Below are positions 51,150-64,000 of a DNA stretch of 64,000 nucleotides, in pieces. Position 1 is the first letter of the stretch. The number at the start of each line of letters is the position of its first letter. The DNA lies in the NCBI RefSeq assembly GCF_004010195.1, contig NC_057719.1, forward strand, positions 42,807,925-42,871,924. The letters are read 5' to 3'. Source of the stretch: Chiloscyllium plagiosum (taxonomy: Eukaryota). The translations under genes and the position numbers were made by a program. A model generated the notes under the pieces. The model searched no databases. It was not told the DNA's origin and saw only the letters and a list, made by a program, of their open reading frames with translations.

Positions 51150-53983
51150 CCTGGAAGGCAGGTCAGGGAGACAATCTGGAAGGGGAAATAGCTGGAACTG
51201 ATCACAAAGTGTTGTATCCACTGCCTTCCTCAAAATTCTGCATAGCACATTTGTTGAATGTCCACCGGTAGCTGGGTGCCTCACAGTCTAGTACAAATCA
51301 AGCATGCTGTGCACACTCTGCCCACCTGAAAATGATACAGTTCTACAATTGATGTGCATATGTAAGGAGCTTATTACCAAAAACCGGTGGAAGTACATCT
51401 TACTCAAGTTGTCACCTTTCCCATATTGCTTGTGAACCTCCCAGAATGGGCAGTGGACCACCTGGATGCTGCCTCTAATAAGGAAATCTGTGCCCTATTA
51501 TGCTTTGTGCTGGTTGTACAAGTATCTATCACTTCCCTGGCATTGAGCTGATGTCTGTTCTGTGATAGCTAGAAACAGAGGTGGCTTTTGTAATGAGACA
51601 GTGAGGAACTGGAGTTCACTGATTGCTCGGTCTAACTCTGTCTTCATTGCAATGTCCCTGTATGCTCCATAAACATGATTCTCCTAAACCCTTCACTCAT
51701 GCAATTAGGCAACAGCAGACAGCCAGCCTCATCACATCACCATGACTGCTCTAGGTCCAATTTCCATACCACTTCACGCCCTTCAGGGCTTTACTTTGGA
51801 GCTCAGAGCTACCTAGAACTTACACTCTTCTGCCAATTTGCTTTGTGTGCAGCGATAAAATATGCATCTAAATAGGATGGATGTAGCATATGGCTTTTAA
51901 CTTTCAATCTTAACACTCACTCACTTTGTACTTAGTTGGAAGTTGCCAGACTCTCAGACTTGCATTGCTCTTTGGTGCAGAGGGAGAGGCAGGCAACTTG
52001 TCATGGAGGTTAGCCATGAACAGTCAAGAGGTGAACATGTTGCTGTTCAGCACCAAGCTGTGTCAATTTCACACCTATGACATGTACTGGTAGCTTATGT
52101 GGCAAACATACTGCATGTACTTCAGCCAAATGGCCATGTCTGTAAGTTAAAGTGGAGCAGTGTTTATTAGGGTGCTCCTGATTGTAGCACCCAGTCTTCC
52201 TGAGAGAAAGACGCACATAGATTGAGATTGAGATCCTTTGTCTCCCTTTTGTTTTCCCATTGATGCTGAACACCTATGGCTAGAGTGATGGAGTGCAGGT
52301 CCATGTGTATATCTAACAGAGACTGAGTTTGCAGGACCTGACCCTCCAGATTGGCAATAACCTGTCCACAGAAACAGGCAGACACACATATGCTAGAGAT
52401 AGCAGGACAGTGATACATTGGGGGCCTCCTCCATCCTTCATTCCAATTTACCAAGTGCCTCTGACAAATCCTAAGCCTATCTTTGCATTTTTGACCAAGA
52501 AATAATGGCCAAGGCCATGGGATCGTCTTCTGCCCCGGTGCTGAGCATTTGTCTAGTCTTTGGCAAAAGTCTGAGTGTCAGTAACTGGGGTCATTTCATC
52601 GTCAACCAACCATGGAGGCACGTCAGCGATGTACTCACCATATTGTGCTCCTGAGTCTAACCCAGATAGAATACCCTACCGAGGTTAAAATCCTTCAAGC
52701 TGCTGGAGGGTGCAGGTGAAAGCCTTTCTGTACATCCTCCAGGTTCAGTGCTTCCTCCTCAGATGTGGAGAGCTGGAGTCAAAACTCAGATCTCCAGTCC
52801 GAGCTTATTTTTGTCTGATGTTCCCTTGGATCCATTAGTGCCTGCATAAGAGAACAGAGGGAATGAATTGTTCTAAGAGAGAAAAATTTATGCAGGTTAA
52901 AATTGAGTTGATACTGGTGGTACTGGCAATGCAACATTGGTTGCACATTGAGGTCTGTCTGTCTCCACATGAGCGGAGATGGTATTTGTCAGCTAACTTT
53001 ATGAATTTTTCTCTTCAAATGGAGTGATGATGTCCACCATGCCACCATCAGTTTTGGCCCTCTCAACCCAGATGTGGGCCAGCTTTTCCTGCAGTGTGAG
53101 ACAAAGGGAGGAATTGAGTATGCTGTCAGTGGATGGAAGTGGTGACTCAGGAGGTTAAGAGGTGTGTGATGGACCTAGTGAGTGGGGAAAGAAGTGCAGA
53201 GAATGAGAATAGTTAATAGTTTGGGAGGATGCTCTGGGTAAGAGCCATTGAGTGAACATTTTGCATACAATAGTGACAGTTGTAATTCCTGAACCTAGGT
53301 GAGAGGCATGTATGGTGGCAGAGTTAGGCCCTGTGAGTGAATGGGAGCAGTGAGAAAATGGTGGTACTTACCCTTGCAAAATGTGGAAGTTCATTGACCT
53401 TTTTTCTTGCACTATGGAGAGTTTCTTTTGCCAATGGCACAGCACTGACCTGGATCACTATCTTAGTTCAGAATGGATGTGTCTGATGACATGGTCAGTG
53501 GGATACCATCTTCTCAATCACTCCATCCACCATCACCTCTCATCCCTGAAGGTACAGCTAGGTGGGTGATGGCATCCTTTTCTGGGCCATGTGCTCAGCT
53601 GTAAATGTTAAGTAATGCAATACAAGGCCCAATCCCTGGTTTGCAGCATCTGAAGTAGTGTACAGCTGGGCTTTCAGTATGGTGCCAGAAGATCCTGGCA
53701 CTGGTGAGCAATCTGCCTCTCCTGCTATGTGATTCCACAACAAGGTAAACAAAAAGGCCAGTTGCATATTTAATCAGATAAACAGTGGAAGATGCATGAC
53801 AAATGTTACTGTAAGCTATGATGGACTGGGTGCTATGTATCTTAAAATCTTGCTCATGCCCGAAACGTCAATTCTCCTGCTCCTTGGATGCTGCCTGATC
53901 TGCTGCGCTTTTCCAGCAACACATTTTCTGCTATGTATCTTACTCAACATATCACTTTAACTTAAAATTCAAACATTCAGCCC
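51150..53983 (-). mobile_element. Second probable Harbinger-like remnant
   Basis: Reverse strand ~53365-53480 reads IVIQVSAV..CKKKVNELPHFAR followed by GTAAGT, homologous to 23410-23520. End GGGCTGAAT at 53983. The left boundary is uncertain. Confidence 0.45.
53845..53928 (+). mobile_element. 84-bp 5'-truncated PLE family A insertion with perfect 14-bp TSD
   Basis: tgctatgtatctta at 53831-53844 and 53929-53942. Insert reads atgcccgaaacgtcaattctcc..ggatgctgcctga. Confidence 0.85.
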
Positions 53984-54149
53984 CAATTATGTTTGTTGAA
54001 AAGGTTTGAGATCAAGTAATATATGTTGTACTTTTTAAAATTTTTCTTAATTTGTGATAAACATACATATCTCAATGAAGAGTAGGAGAACATGCCAGGA
54101 GCAGTACCAGACCTACCTAAAAGATTTGGCATTAACCTGATGAAGCTAC

Positions 54150-55990
54150 AGGGCTGCTTGCATGCCAAACAGCATAAGCAGTAAGTGATAGACAGACCTA
54201 AGCGATCCCACACCAACAGATCAGATCTAAACTCTGCCATCCTGCCACATCTTGTCATGAATGGGTTCAGACAGTTAAACAGTTCACTGGTGAAGAAAGC
54301 TCCAGAAATATCCCCATTCTCAATGATAGGGCCAAAATATCAGGGCAAAAGATCCGGCTGAATCACTTACAAAAACCTTAACCAAAAGTGTCAAGTGACC
54401 TCACCCAGAGGTTCTCCATTTCATTGATGTCAATCTTCAGCCAATTCAATTCATTCCATGTAATATTAAGTGGCTGGAGACATTGATTAGTGCAAAGGCT
54501 TTGGGCCTTGATAACATTCAAACATTAGTACTGAAGACTTGCACTTTAGAACTTTCCACTTCCCTAGCCATGTAGCTACAGCACTAGCACATTGGTTAGG
54601 TATGTCCAGTACAAAAGAAGTGAGACAAAACTAATCCAGCCAATTACTGCCCCATCAGTCAATTTTCGAACATGATGGAAAGTGTCATCAACAGTGCTAT
54701 CAAAGAGCACTTGCTTAGCAATAATTTGCTCACTGATATTCAGTTCGGATTCTGCCATGACCACTCAGCTCCTCATCTAATTACATCCTTGGTTCAAACA
54801 TGAACAAAAGAGATGAGGTAAGTGTGACTGCCCTTGACACCAAGGCTGCATTTGACCAAGCATGACATTAAAGAGTCCCAGCAAAACTGGAGAGAAAGTG
54901 AATCGAGAGAAAACTTTTCATTGATTGGAGTCATACCCAGCATGAAGGAAGTCAGGTTTGGTTATTGGAGGTCAATCATTTCAACAAGAGCACATCTCGA
55001 CAGGAATTCCTGAGGGTTATGTTCTAGGCCAAAGCATCTTCAGCTGCTTCATCAATGACTTTCCCTCTGTCATAAGGTCAGAAATTCTGTTGTTTAAGGG
55101 TGATTGCACAATGTTCAACACCACTCATAACGGCTCAGAAACTGGAGCAGTCCATGTCCTGGGCAATATCTAGATTCAGACTGACAAGTGGCAAGTAACA
55201 TTCATGCCACACAAATGTCAGGCAATGACCATTTCCAAGAAGAGAGAATCTGATCATTTCTCCTTGACAGTCAATGGCATTACCATCTCTGAATTTCTCA
55301 CTATGTACATCCTAGGGGTCACCATTGACCATAAATTGAATTGGAAGTGTGATGCTGGAAAAGCACAGCAGGTCAGGCAGCATCCGAGGAACAGGAGAAT
55401 CGATGTTTCAGGCAAAAGCCCTCCTTGATGAAGGGCTTTTTCCCAAAACATCGATTCTCCTGCTCCTTGGATGCTGTCTGACCTGCTGTGCTTTTCCAGC
55501 ACCACACTCCCAAATCTAATCTCCAGCATCTGCAGTCCTCACTTTCACCATAAACTGAACTGGACTAGTCACATTAATACAGTGGCTATGGGAACAGTTC
55601 ACTCACCTCCTGTTTCCTCAAAGCCAATCCACCATCTACAAAGAGAGTATGGAATACTCTCCATTTGCCTGAGTAAGTGTAGCTTCAACAGCACCCCAGA
55701 AACCCACAAAAATTACCATTTCAAAGGACAATGGCAGCAGATGCAATAGAAACACTAGCACCTCCAATTTCCCCACTAAACTACTCACCAGCCTGATTTT
55801 GAAATGTTAATAATCTTTCTCTGTGGCTGGATCAAAATCCTGGAATTTCCTCCTGAATGGCACCATGGATCTACGGCACATGGCCTGCAATGGTTAAAGA
55901 AGGTAGTTCACCACCACCTTCTCAAGGGCATCTAAAGATAGGCAATAATTGCTGGCTCAGGAGCAACATTTACATACAGTGAATGACCAA
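54150..55990 (+). mobile_element. L2/CR1-clade LINE RT relic
   Basis: NPANYCPIS, QFGF, LDTKAAFDQ, GIPEGYVLGQSIFSCFINDFPS and ILGVTIDHKLNW motifs. Confidence 0.8.
55346..55546. mobile_element. Palindromic PLE family A mini-element with 18-bp TSD
   Basis: Inverted arms around cttgatgaagggc. TSD accataaa(t/c)tgaa(t/c)tgga at 55328-55345 and 55547-55564 duplicates HKLNW of the host LINE. Confidence 0.88.
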
Positions 55991-57536
55991 GAAACTCACA
56001 TGGCCTAATGGGAGTATTTGTTATTCTTATTGGAACCTAATGGAAAGGGAGGAGCACATGGCAGTTCTGAGAACTCTAGTAAATACATCATGATAAACTG
56101 AGTGTATACTGTTACTCTTTGGCTTGCAGTGCAAAGTTGTGCTTGCTGTTTAACAGAAGGTATATGAGTATAAACTTAAAATAATTTAAGCTACAAAATA
56201 GCTTAGATGGCTCTTCCTTCAGATCTCTCTCCCTGTCAAGAAGGGCCTGTGTCTATTTGGTTTCTCTCTCTCCTGTGGTATGGCTAAATTGAGCAATTTA
56301 TCATGGGGATGAACGTTTCCCATCACTACTGCATCTCAATTACATTGCACTACTATTGTAACCATTGAAAAGCCTTCAATCAATATTTCAATGAATCAGT
56401 AATATTTCAAACTGCTATACATCACTGACTTGGAGTACAGTCATACATGTTCACGTGCTCTGTCAGAAATCTGAGCAGGTGGAAAAATGCTACTCATGAT
56501 ACCTATTTGCTTACCACAAATGTGAAGTGACTTGGGGGAATGAACAAAAGCTTTTCAAACTTCAAAAGGCCCTGAACGACCAGCATTCCTTCTACAAGAG
56601 GTGTTACTGATTACATTGTACAGAATCATTGAACAATTGTGGAATAATGAAAATGCTGAATTGTTTCAGTCTATTGTCGCGAACATGCATTTTTAAAAAT
56701 ATTTGATTAACAAAAAATGATTTATCAAATTAATGTAGTATAACACCTTTCATCTTTCCAAGAGTTTGAAATTAGATAATATACAGGAATCTGCTGGCAG
56801 AAACATTTTTTCTATTTTAGAAATTTATCTTTCCCTTACCTGCCATGTAATTCACAAGTTACTCTACAATCTAAAGTAACAGAGACAAGTTAATCTTGCT
56901 AACACGCTTTATAAAATGACCCGCTGAGGTGACCACAGGATCACATTCGCAGCTTGTTGCAGGACGATATTGAGCAGTAAACTGAAAGTGGGAAACTGTT
57001 CACATTCCCTGTCCTCCTGAGGCTCCCTGTGATTCTTCTTGCTTTAAATGTGAGAGATCACTCTTCAGCTGTTTATGGCCTTTACTCCTGAATCTGGGGA
57101 TCCATAATTCTATGCAAAACCTCACAACTGACAGCAGGATCTTCAAAAGCAGTCCATGAAATAGAGGACAAGCTTCTAATGTTGTACTTCTATTCTGGTG
57201 ATTGATGAAGCTTCTGGAGTAAAATTACAATGGAACTTTTCTGATCCTCATCGTATCCTCTTGAAACAGAAGGAACATTTTTTCTTAGGTATGGGTCATC
57301 AATATGCTTGGACTCAGGGGCCGTATGCTAAACCAGGCAGTGATATTTATGAGTTAAATAGCAAAGGTCACTCCACCGACAAACAGATTGCTAACAAGCT
57401 GTTGGCACCCCAGCACCCCTACAACCCAAAACCACAATCTTGCATTCTCAAACCATCGGATTTGTTAACATTCTGTGCAGAGTTATCTCTTCAACCATAC
57501 AAAGCAATCTTCCAAATTTTATGTCTAAACGGATAT

Positions 57537-57542
57537 TTTATT
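57537..57542 (-). promoter_or_regulatory. Candidate AHNAK2 polyadenylation signal
   Basis: AATAAA on - followed by GT-rich sequence. It ends an AT-rich, repeat-poor ~1.5-kb putative 3' UTR. Other AATAAA sites lie at ~58484 and ~58786. Confidence 0.4.
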
Positions 57543-59009
57543 GATGATACATACACAAAGTTAGCAATTGTAAGAAAACTTAGCAAAGCAAAATCAATAT
57601 TCCATATGTGTAATACTCCACAGTAATTGTGGCATGAATCAACAGCAGCTTCCAGATTGCAAATTTCAGTTAATCATATTTACAGCAAAATTATTCACAC
57701 ATATTTGGACACATTTTTTTACCATTTCCAGGAGAAGAAACACATTAGAATTCCATATACTGAGCTTGATTGCCATTTTGAATTTAACTACTTGAGTGAT
57801 GAATCCTTATTTGTGGCATTTTTACTGTGTGTTTTTCACGTGCGTGCTTTAAATGTGTTTTATGACATCATGTATAACAAGAACTACATCAATGGCATAA
57901 AGCCCATGATAATTGTTGGAGAAATATTATGTTGTACAAATTGAGCAGTGCAGTGGATTAAGCCCCCTCTGAGACCTGGATTCAAGACAGACGTGATGAA
58001 AGTGTCTTCTACCTTCTGGTTATAAGAATTCTATATGAAATGAATTCTAGTGGTCTTGGGGCAAAAGCAGGAAATTACTCCTAAATTGACAACAATTGAC
58101 AATGTCACTTAGATAGGCCCAATGATAAATAATGACAAAAATCAAAATATATTACCGGTGCACTGTGATATATGTTTCTAAATGCTGAGGTTAATTGAGT
58201 GGAAAAAGTATCTCCGCAGCTGAAAATGTTTGATGCTGGCAATGGATGCTTTCTTTAGGCTGAAGGTATTCCCTTCCTGACCATTATTGTAACTTAGCTT
58301 GATAAGGTCAAGAATAGTTTATTATGGTATGTCTTATACTATACCACGCAGTGTGGCATATTTCTTAAATGTTACTTGTTTCGAACTTGCTGATAATTGA
58401 AGTTAAAAGTGCTTTTCATTGGAGATGGATTGTCGACGTTTAAGGTTCTTTTCTGATAAAATCTTAATTCTTTCATATTTACTCTTTATTCATATTTCAG
58501 TTATCTCTGCCTAAAAACTTGAATGTACAAATCATATTGAGATTGTAATCCTTATTAACACTTAAGTTTAATGATACTAACTATGCAAATGATTATTCAG
58601 AAAGGATTAAGTTATGTGAAGACATAAAGTTACCATTCTCATCTGACTGAAAACCATAGGTAAGGTGTGCGCCACCAAATAGTGACTTAAAGACATGAAT
58701 GTTGTCCCCATTATATTTGTATCAAGCATAACTTTCAGCAACCTATAGACAAAAATATGCAAAATGATGTATAATTTACTGAATTTTATTTTTAATTCTG
58801 AATTTGTTGCTATTGAAGCAAATGTCATCATAGTTTGAAATTGTGATCTTTAACACTCAGTGCAAAATGAAATATCCTTATTGCTCTGTAAAATACCTCT
58901 CTTGCATGGAATAATCAAGTAGTTATTTAGTTAAATACAGGAAACAGCACAGGTAATCTTTGTGTAAAAGCATCATATCACCATTATGAACAAAGCTGTC
59001 CATGCATGT

Positions 59010-60061
59010 TTATTCCTTAGTTGTTGTGTTTTTAATTTCTTTTGTCTCAGACTTGCTTATAGAGATGGAAGCAGATGTAGGTTGAGATATTTCAAAGAAC
59101 TGTTTTTGTTCACTTTGAATCATTTCTCCCATTCTTGCAAAAACAGCCGATGTATCATCAGTAGCCATTGCTCCAGGAGCGATATCTCTTTGTATTACGG
59201 AACGCTCAGTTAAGACAACTACAGTTCCTCCTGTTTTGGTATATTTCTTAGTAAGGGTGGCAGATACAGTGTCATCTGATTTGGGAAAGTGGAATTCAGA
59301 CAATTCAGCTGTCCCACTGGTAGCTTGTTCTTTAATGAGCGATTCTTTGGTGACAACTGTGGAATGTTCTGTTGGATGTGTGTGTGTTGGGCCTTCAGGT
59401 GGTGGGGATATTGGTAGGTTAAAACTTTGAAGGATTCCTGGTTTTGGGGTGCTTTGTTTATCATTTGATTTTGTAATTTTGGTTCCAGTCAGAATAACTT
59501 GATGAGGCTCAGATGAAGTTTCACAGATTGGAACATGGCCTTGATGAGAAGGTTCTGGTTTACTTGTTTTGGTTGACTGGACATTTATCCTGAAATCACC
59601 TGATTCCAGCAAGGCAAGCTCAGTTCTGGCGGTTGATGTCACAACTTGACTGGGTGTTACCACGTATGCGCCTCCGGCTATGGTATCAAGGTCTTTAGAT
59701 TTCATTGTTACTATTTGAGTTGTGCCATCATCAGTATCCTCAACCACTACTTCTTTTGATGTAGGCATAGTTGCTGGTGATACTTCATCTGTAGGTAAAA
59801 AATCCTGGCCATCAGATTTCACATCAGTCACTGGTTCTGTGCTAGAAGTTGGAATTTCATGTGCAGTTTGTTTTTCATCATCAGCGGCTTTTCCTTTCTT
59901 CCATGGTGAGGTAAAGTTAATTTTTGGAAATTTAAACCAACTTTTCCTCCCCTTTGATGGAGAACTTTCATCTGTTGTTGTCAGTTCAGCACCCCCTTGA
60001 CCTTTCAGTTCAGGAGCTGTTTTATTTGAATGCTCACAAGACTTTCCTTGAACTGATTGAC
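59010..60061 (-). CDS. AHNAK2: AHNAK2 terminal coding exon (C-terminal domain)
   Basis: Polypyrimidine tract plus tttcAG acceptor, phase 1 matching the donor. Contains SWFKFPKINFTSP and VVTSTARTEL, resembling human AHNAK2 C-terminal SWFRFPKLGFSSSP and VTSAARTEL as recalled. TAA at 59012-59010. Confidence 0.85.
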
Positions 60062-61187
60062 CTGAAATGTCAAATATAAGAAACAAAGAACATCAAGGAA
60101 TTTAAGTTTAACTTCACAATTTTTCTGATCAATATTCAATTCTACCCCACATAGTTTTAATACTGCTTTCTGTTCAATGTGAATGGACATTAGAACATCT
60201 AGACTGGTGCTACCAGACCTGCCGAGTTTCACCAACAATTTCTGTTTTTATATCACATCTCCAGCACCCACAGTTTTTTTGTTTTGTTATAAATCTAGGC
60301 TATTACATTGAACGTTATCCTTCTGCATGCTATTTAATTTTCACTGTGTGCACTTTATTGTAGGTAGATTTATGGTTGACCAATGCTTTCCGCCTTCTTT
60401 CTCAAGCAATTCTTTCACTAATGCTTTAGTGTGTGTCTTCTGTTTAGTTACATTGTCAGCAAATTTGTAAATAACTGATTGTGATATTGATTATTTCAGA
60501 ACAGCATTAAATTTTGCCCAGATCATAATAAAACTGATAAACTCGAGAAATGGTTCAAATTCTTTGCTAAGGCTCAATGATCTGGTCCTAGAGGAATGAA
60601 TCCCAGTTTCAGAAACATTCCCATGCATTACTGAAATCACATTTTCTTCTCAGATTCATTTGTGTGGCTTCTAATGACTCCAGTTTGTTTAGCACTATTA
60701 TATAGTTAACAATGATTGTTGAACATAATGTTCTGAATGTTTCATGTACAAATTTCTTTCATCGTATCTACTTCAAAGCATTCTGAGGCCAAACCCATAT
60801 CAACATCTCTGGTGCTAATTCATCTGCCAGCCATGCAGAGCTTAATATTTCTAAATTAATATCAATTTTATGATAATTTAATGTGTTATCTAAAATTTTA
60901 TCCATCATCAAATGTAATCCAGTTTTGGGATGAAATGACTTTCTGAATTACAGGTGGTCGGAGGCAGGGGAACACTGACCGTGAGAGTGCGTGCAATCAG
61001 TTTTACACCACATTCAATTTTATTCTGCTTGGTGTTCAAAGGGAGGTCAGCCTGCCAAGAAAAATTCCACCATCCCAGATATGTTAGCTTAAATATTTCA
61101 AATTGAGCCAGAGTTATTGTATGACCAAATAACCTCCTACAATATTAGAAACTTGAATATCAAATGTCATTACATTAATAACAGTAC

Positions 61188-63116
61188 CTGATTCTTTTGT
61201 TAGAGCCTTGGGAAAATCAGAATCTTCAGTTAGTGATACATCTTTCTCTTTTGTTTCTGATGTAAAGTCGACATCTGGAAATTTAAACTTCGAAAATGAA
61301 ACTGAAAATAGTGCTGGAGCTTTAGTGCCCACTGACATTTCAGGAGCTGAAACATCAAGTTGAGTCTTGGGCATCAATGTATCAGCATCAATTTTCCCTT
61401 TTGTTTCTGGATCACCAGTACTGATTTGTGAACATTGAATCTCAGGCATTTTCAGATGGGCATCAACATGCTTGAAATCAAAAGGTGCGACATTGCGCTG
61501 ACCTTCTACTGTTCCTGCTTTCACATCGATGCTTGGCTCATTCTGAACAAGATCAGTTTTTGAAATTGGGATGTCAACTGGAGCAACACTAATATCAGCA
61601 TTCGTATTAGAAGATTTCATTCCAGATGTTGAAACTCCAAACTTTATTGCTTTAAATTTTGGTATGTAAAATTTTTCTCCTTTCCCTGCAATGGTGACAT
61701 CACCTGCCTCTACACCACCTTCACATTCTGGAGCACCCACATCGACTTTCAGTCTTTCAATATCTATCTCTCGTTTTTCAACTGAAATATTGACACCTGG
61801 CTTGCTCACAGTCATATCAACTTCAGGGCCTGTGCATTTTGGAAGAGATACGCCGAAAGAAGGTATTTTCACAGGTGGAAATTCCAACCTTGCACCATCA
61901 TCTTTCACCTTTGGATCTGCTGAATCTAAATCCACATCAACTATTGGCAAATCAATGCCAGTTGATGGAGTGTTAATGTCCACTGACATTCCTGGAGATG
62001 AAACGGCAAGTTCAGGTTTAGGCATGGACACATCAACAGCCACCTTCCCTTTCATTTTTGGCATTTCAATATTAATTGCAGGTTTCTCATTTTCAGGCAT
62101 TTTTAGACTGACATTAGGACCTTTCAGATCAATGCCCCCAATATTAAGATCACTTCCCAGTTTGGCTGGCTTGATATCTGCATTTGTTAATTTGATATCC
62201 ACATCAGCTTTTGAAAGTGAGACATCAACCTCAGGGAGATTTCCTTCAAAATCCTTCTGGGCAGTATGTTTATCATGAGCAGAAAATCCAAGTTTTGGAA
62301 GTTTGAATTTTGGAAACATTATTTTTCCTCTTTTTCCATCAATCTCAACATCTGGTGCCGGCAAGTCAGTTTCAACTTCTGGAGCTCCAGCATCAATTTT
62401 GGAATGGTGAATATGTACCTCTGGTTTTTCAACTGAAATATCAACATCTGGCTTGCTCACACTCACATCAATGTCAGGTTCTTTGAACTTTGGAAGAGAA
62501 ATACCAAATGATGGCATTTTCATGGATGGCATTTTCAACTTTGCACCCTCACCTTTCCCCTTCAGACCTGCTGAGACTAAATCTACATCAACTGCTGACA
62601 ACTGAACGTCAGCTGATGGAGCTTTAATGTCCACTGACATTCCTGGAGCTGAAACATCAATTTTAGGTTGACGCATGGACACATCGACATCCAACATCCC
62701 TTTCACTTTTGGCATTTCAACATCGAATTTTGGTTTTTCCACTTCAGGCAGTTTTAGACCGACATCAGGCCCTTTGATGTCCATCTTCCCAACACAAAGA
62801 TCACCTTCCATCTTGCCTGCTGTGAAATCGACACTCGGTACTTTGATATCCACCTCAGGTTTCTCTAGTGAGACATCAACTTTGGGGAGATCTACATTCA
62901 GGTCCACTTTTGGAGCTTTTATATCGGGAGTGGAAAATCCAAATTTGGGAGTTTTGAATTTGGGCAGTTTCATTTTTCCCCCTTTAACTTCAATGTCAAC
63001 ATCCGGTGCCTGCAGATCACCTTCAGGTTTTGGAGTTTCTACGTCAATTTTAGGACCTTTAATGTCTATCTCTGGTTTTTGAACTGAAATATCAACATCT
63101 GGCTTGCTCACACTCA
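61188..63116 (-). CDS. AHNAK2: AHNAK2 giant repeat exon, 3' part
   Basis: Continuous ORF of AHNAK/periaxin-type repeats (KMPSMKMPSFGISLPK, DIKGPKID). Ends ...TKES+G at a CAG|GTACTG donor (GT at 61187-61186). Confidence 0.9.
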
Positions 63117-63616
63117 NNNNNNNNNNNNNNNNNNNNNNNNNNNNNNNNNNNNNNNNNNNNNNNNNNNNNNNNNNNNNNNNNNNNNNNNNNNNNNNNNNNN
63201 NNNNNNNNNNNNNNNNNNNNNNNNNNNNNNNNNNNNNNNNNNNNNNNNNNNNNNNNNNNNNNNNNNNNNNNNNNNNNNNNNNNNNNNNNNNNNNNNNNNN
63301 NNNNNNNNNNNNNNNNNNNNNNNNNNNNNNNNNNNNNNNNNNNNNNNNNNNNNNNNNNNNNNNNNNNNNNNNNNNNNNNNNNNNNNNNNNNNNNNNNNNN
63401 NNNNNNNNNNNNNNNNNNNNNNNNNNNNNNNNNNNNNNNNNNNNNNNNNNNNNNNNNNNNNNNNNNNNNNNNNNNNNNNNNNNNNNNNNNNNNNNNNNNN
63501 NNNNNNNNNNNNNNNNNNNNNNNNNNNNNNNNNNNNNNNNNNNNNNNNNNNNNNNNNNNNNNNNNNNNNNNNNNNNNNNNNNNNNNNNNNNNNNNNNNNN
63601 NNNNNNNNNNNNNNNN
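63117..63616. other. Assembly gap (500 N) within the AHNAK2 repeat exon
   Basis: Run of N. Confidence 1.
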
Positions 63617-64000
63617 ATCAACTGCTGGCACATCAATGTCAGCTGTTGGAGGGTTAATGTCCACTGACATTCCTGGGGCTGAAACATCAATTTCAGGTTG
63701 AGGCATGGACACATCGGCATCCAACTTCCCTTTCACCTTTGGCATTTCAACATCGACTTTTGGTTTTTCCACTTCAGGCAGTTTTAGACCGACATCAGGA
63801 CCTTTAATGTTGATCTTCCCAAGACTATGATCACCTTCCATCTTGCCTGCTGTGACATCGACACTCGGTGCTTTGATATCCACGTCAGGTTTCTCTAGTG
63901 AGACATCAACTTTGGGGAGATTGACATTCGGGTCCACATTTGGAGCTTTTATATCGGGAGTGGAAAATCCAAATTTTGGAGTTTTGAATTTGGGCAGTTT
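63617..64000 (-). CDS. AHNAK2: AHNAK2 giant repeat exon, part upstream of the assembly gap (runs off window)
   Basis: Open frame KLPKFKTPKFGFSTPDIKAPNVDPNVNLPKVDVSLEKPDVDIKAP..., a close copy of the repeat at 62587-62970. Confidence 0.9.

Noticed and set aside
57198..57944. Two consecutive + strand ORFs (142 and 105 aa)
   Set aside because: Non-ATG starts and no recognisable domain; they overlap the AT-rich AHNAK2 3' UTR on the opposite strand.
61691..63082. + strand ORFs of 195 and 135 aa
   Set aside because: Antisense shadows of the codon-biased AHNAK2 repeat.
59010..64000. Periaxin (PRX) or AHNAK instead of AHNAK2
   Set aside because: The SWFKFPK and TSTARTEL motifs and the direct convergent adjacency to a PLD4-type gene favour AHNAK2. 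Not tested by search.

Overview
Vertebrate genomic DNA, most likely a cartilaginous fish (shark); this is inferred from the HE1-like SINE, CR1 and Penelope repeat landscape. Two host genes face each other tail-to-tail, as PLD4 and AHNAK2 do in mammals. On +, the last seven coding exons of PLD4 (3560-29584) splice in frame, with intact HxKxxxxD and HxKxxxxE motifs and one GC-AG intron. On -, the 3' part of AHNAK2 comprises a giant repeat exon (64000-61188, interrupted by an assembly gap) and a separate terminal exon (60061-59010). The rest is intron or intergenic DNA filled with decayed CR1, L1, Tx1 and L2-like LINEs, tRNA-derived SINEs, Tigger-like MITEs, Harbinger-like remnants, a probable solo LTR and many Penelope-like element (PLE) pieces. 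The most notable observations are: (i) four sequence-distinct PLE terminal repeats each carry a minimal hammerhead-ribozyme core with covarying stems, several as ~200-bp palindromic insertions with target-site duplications (TSDs); (ii) both cysteines of one PLD3/PLD4 disulfide appear to be lost together; (iii) AHNAK2 has a 217-aa repeat built from 72+73+72-aa subunits; (iv) there are two locally templated insertions. There are three N gaps. All coordinates were read by eye and no database search was run.
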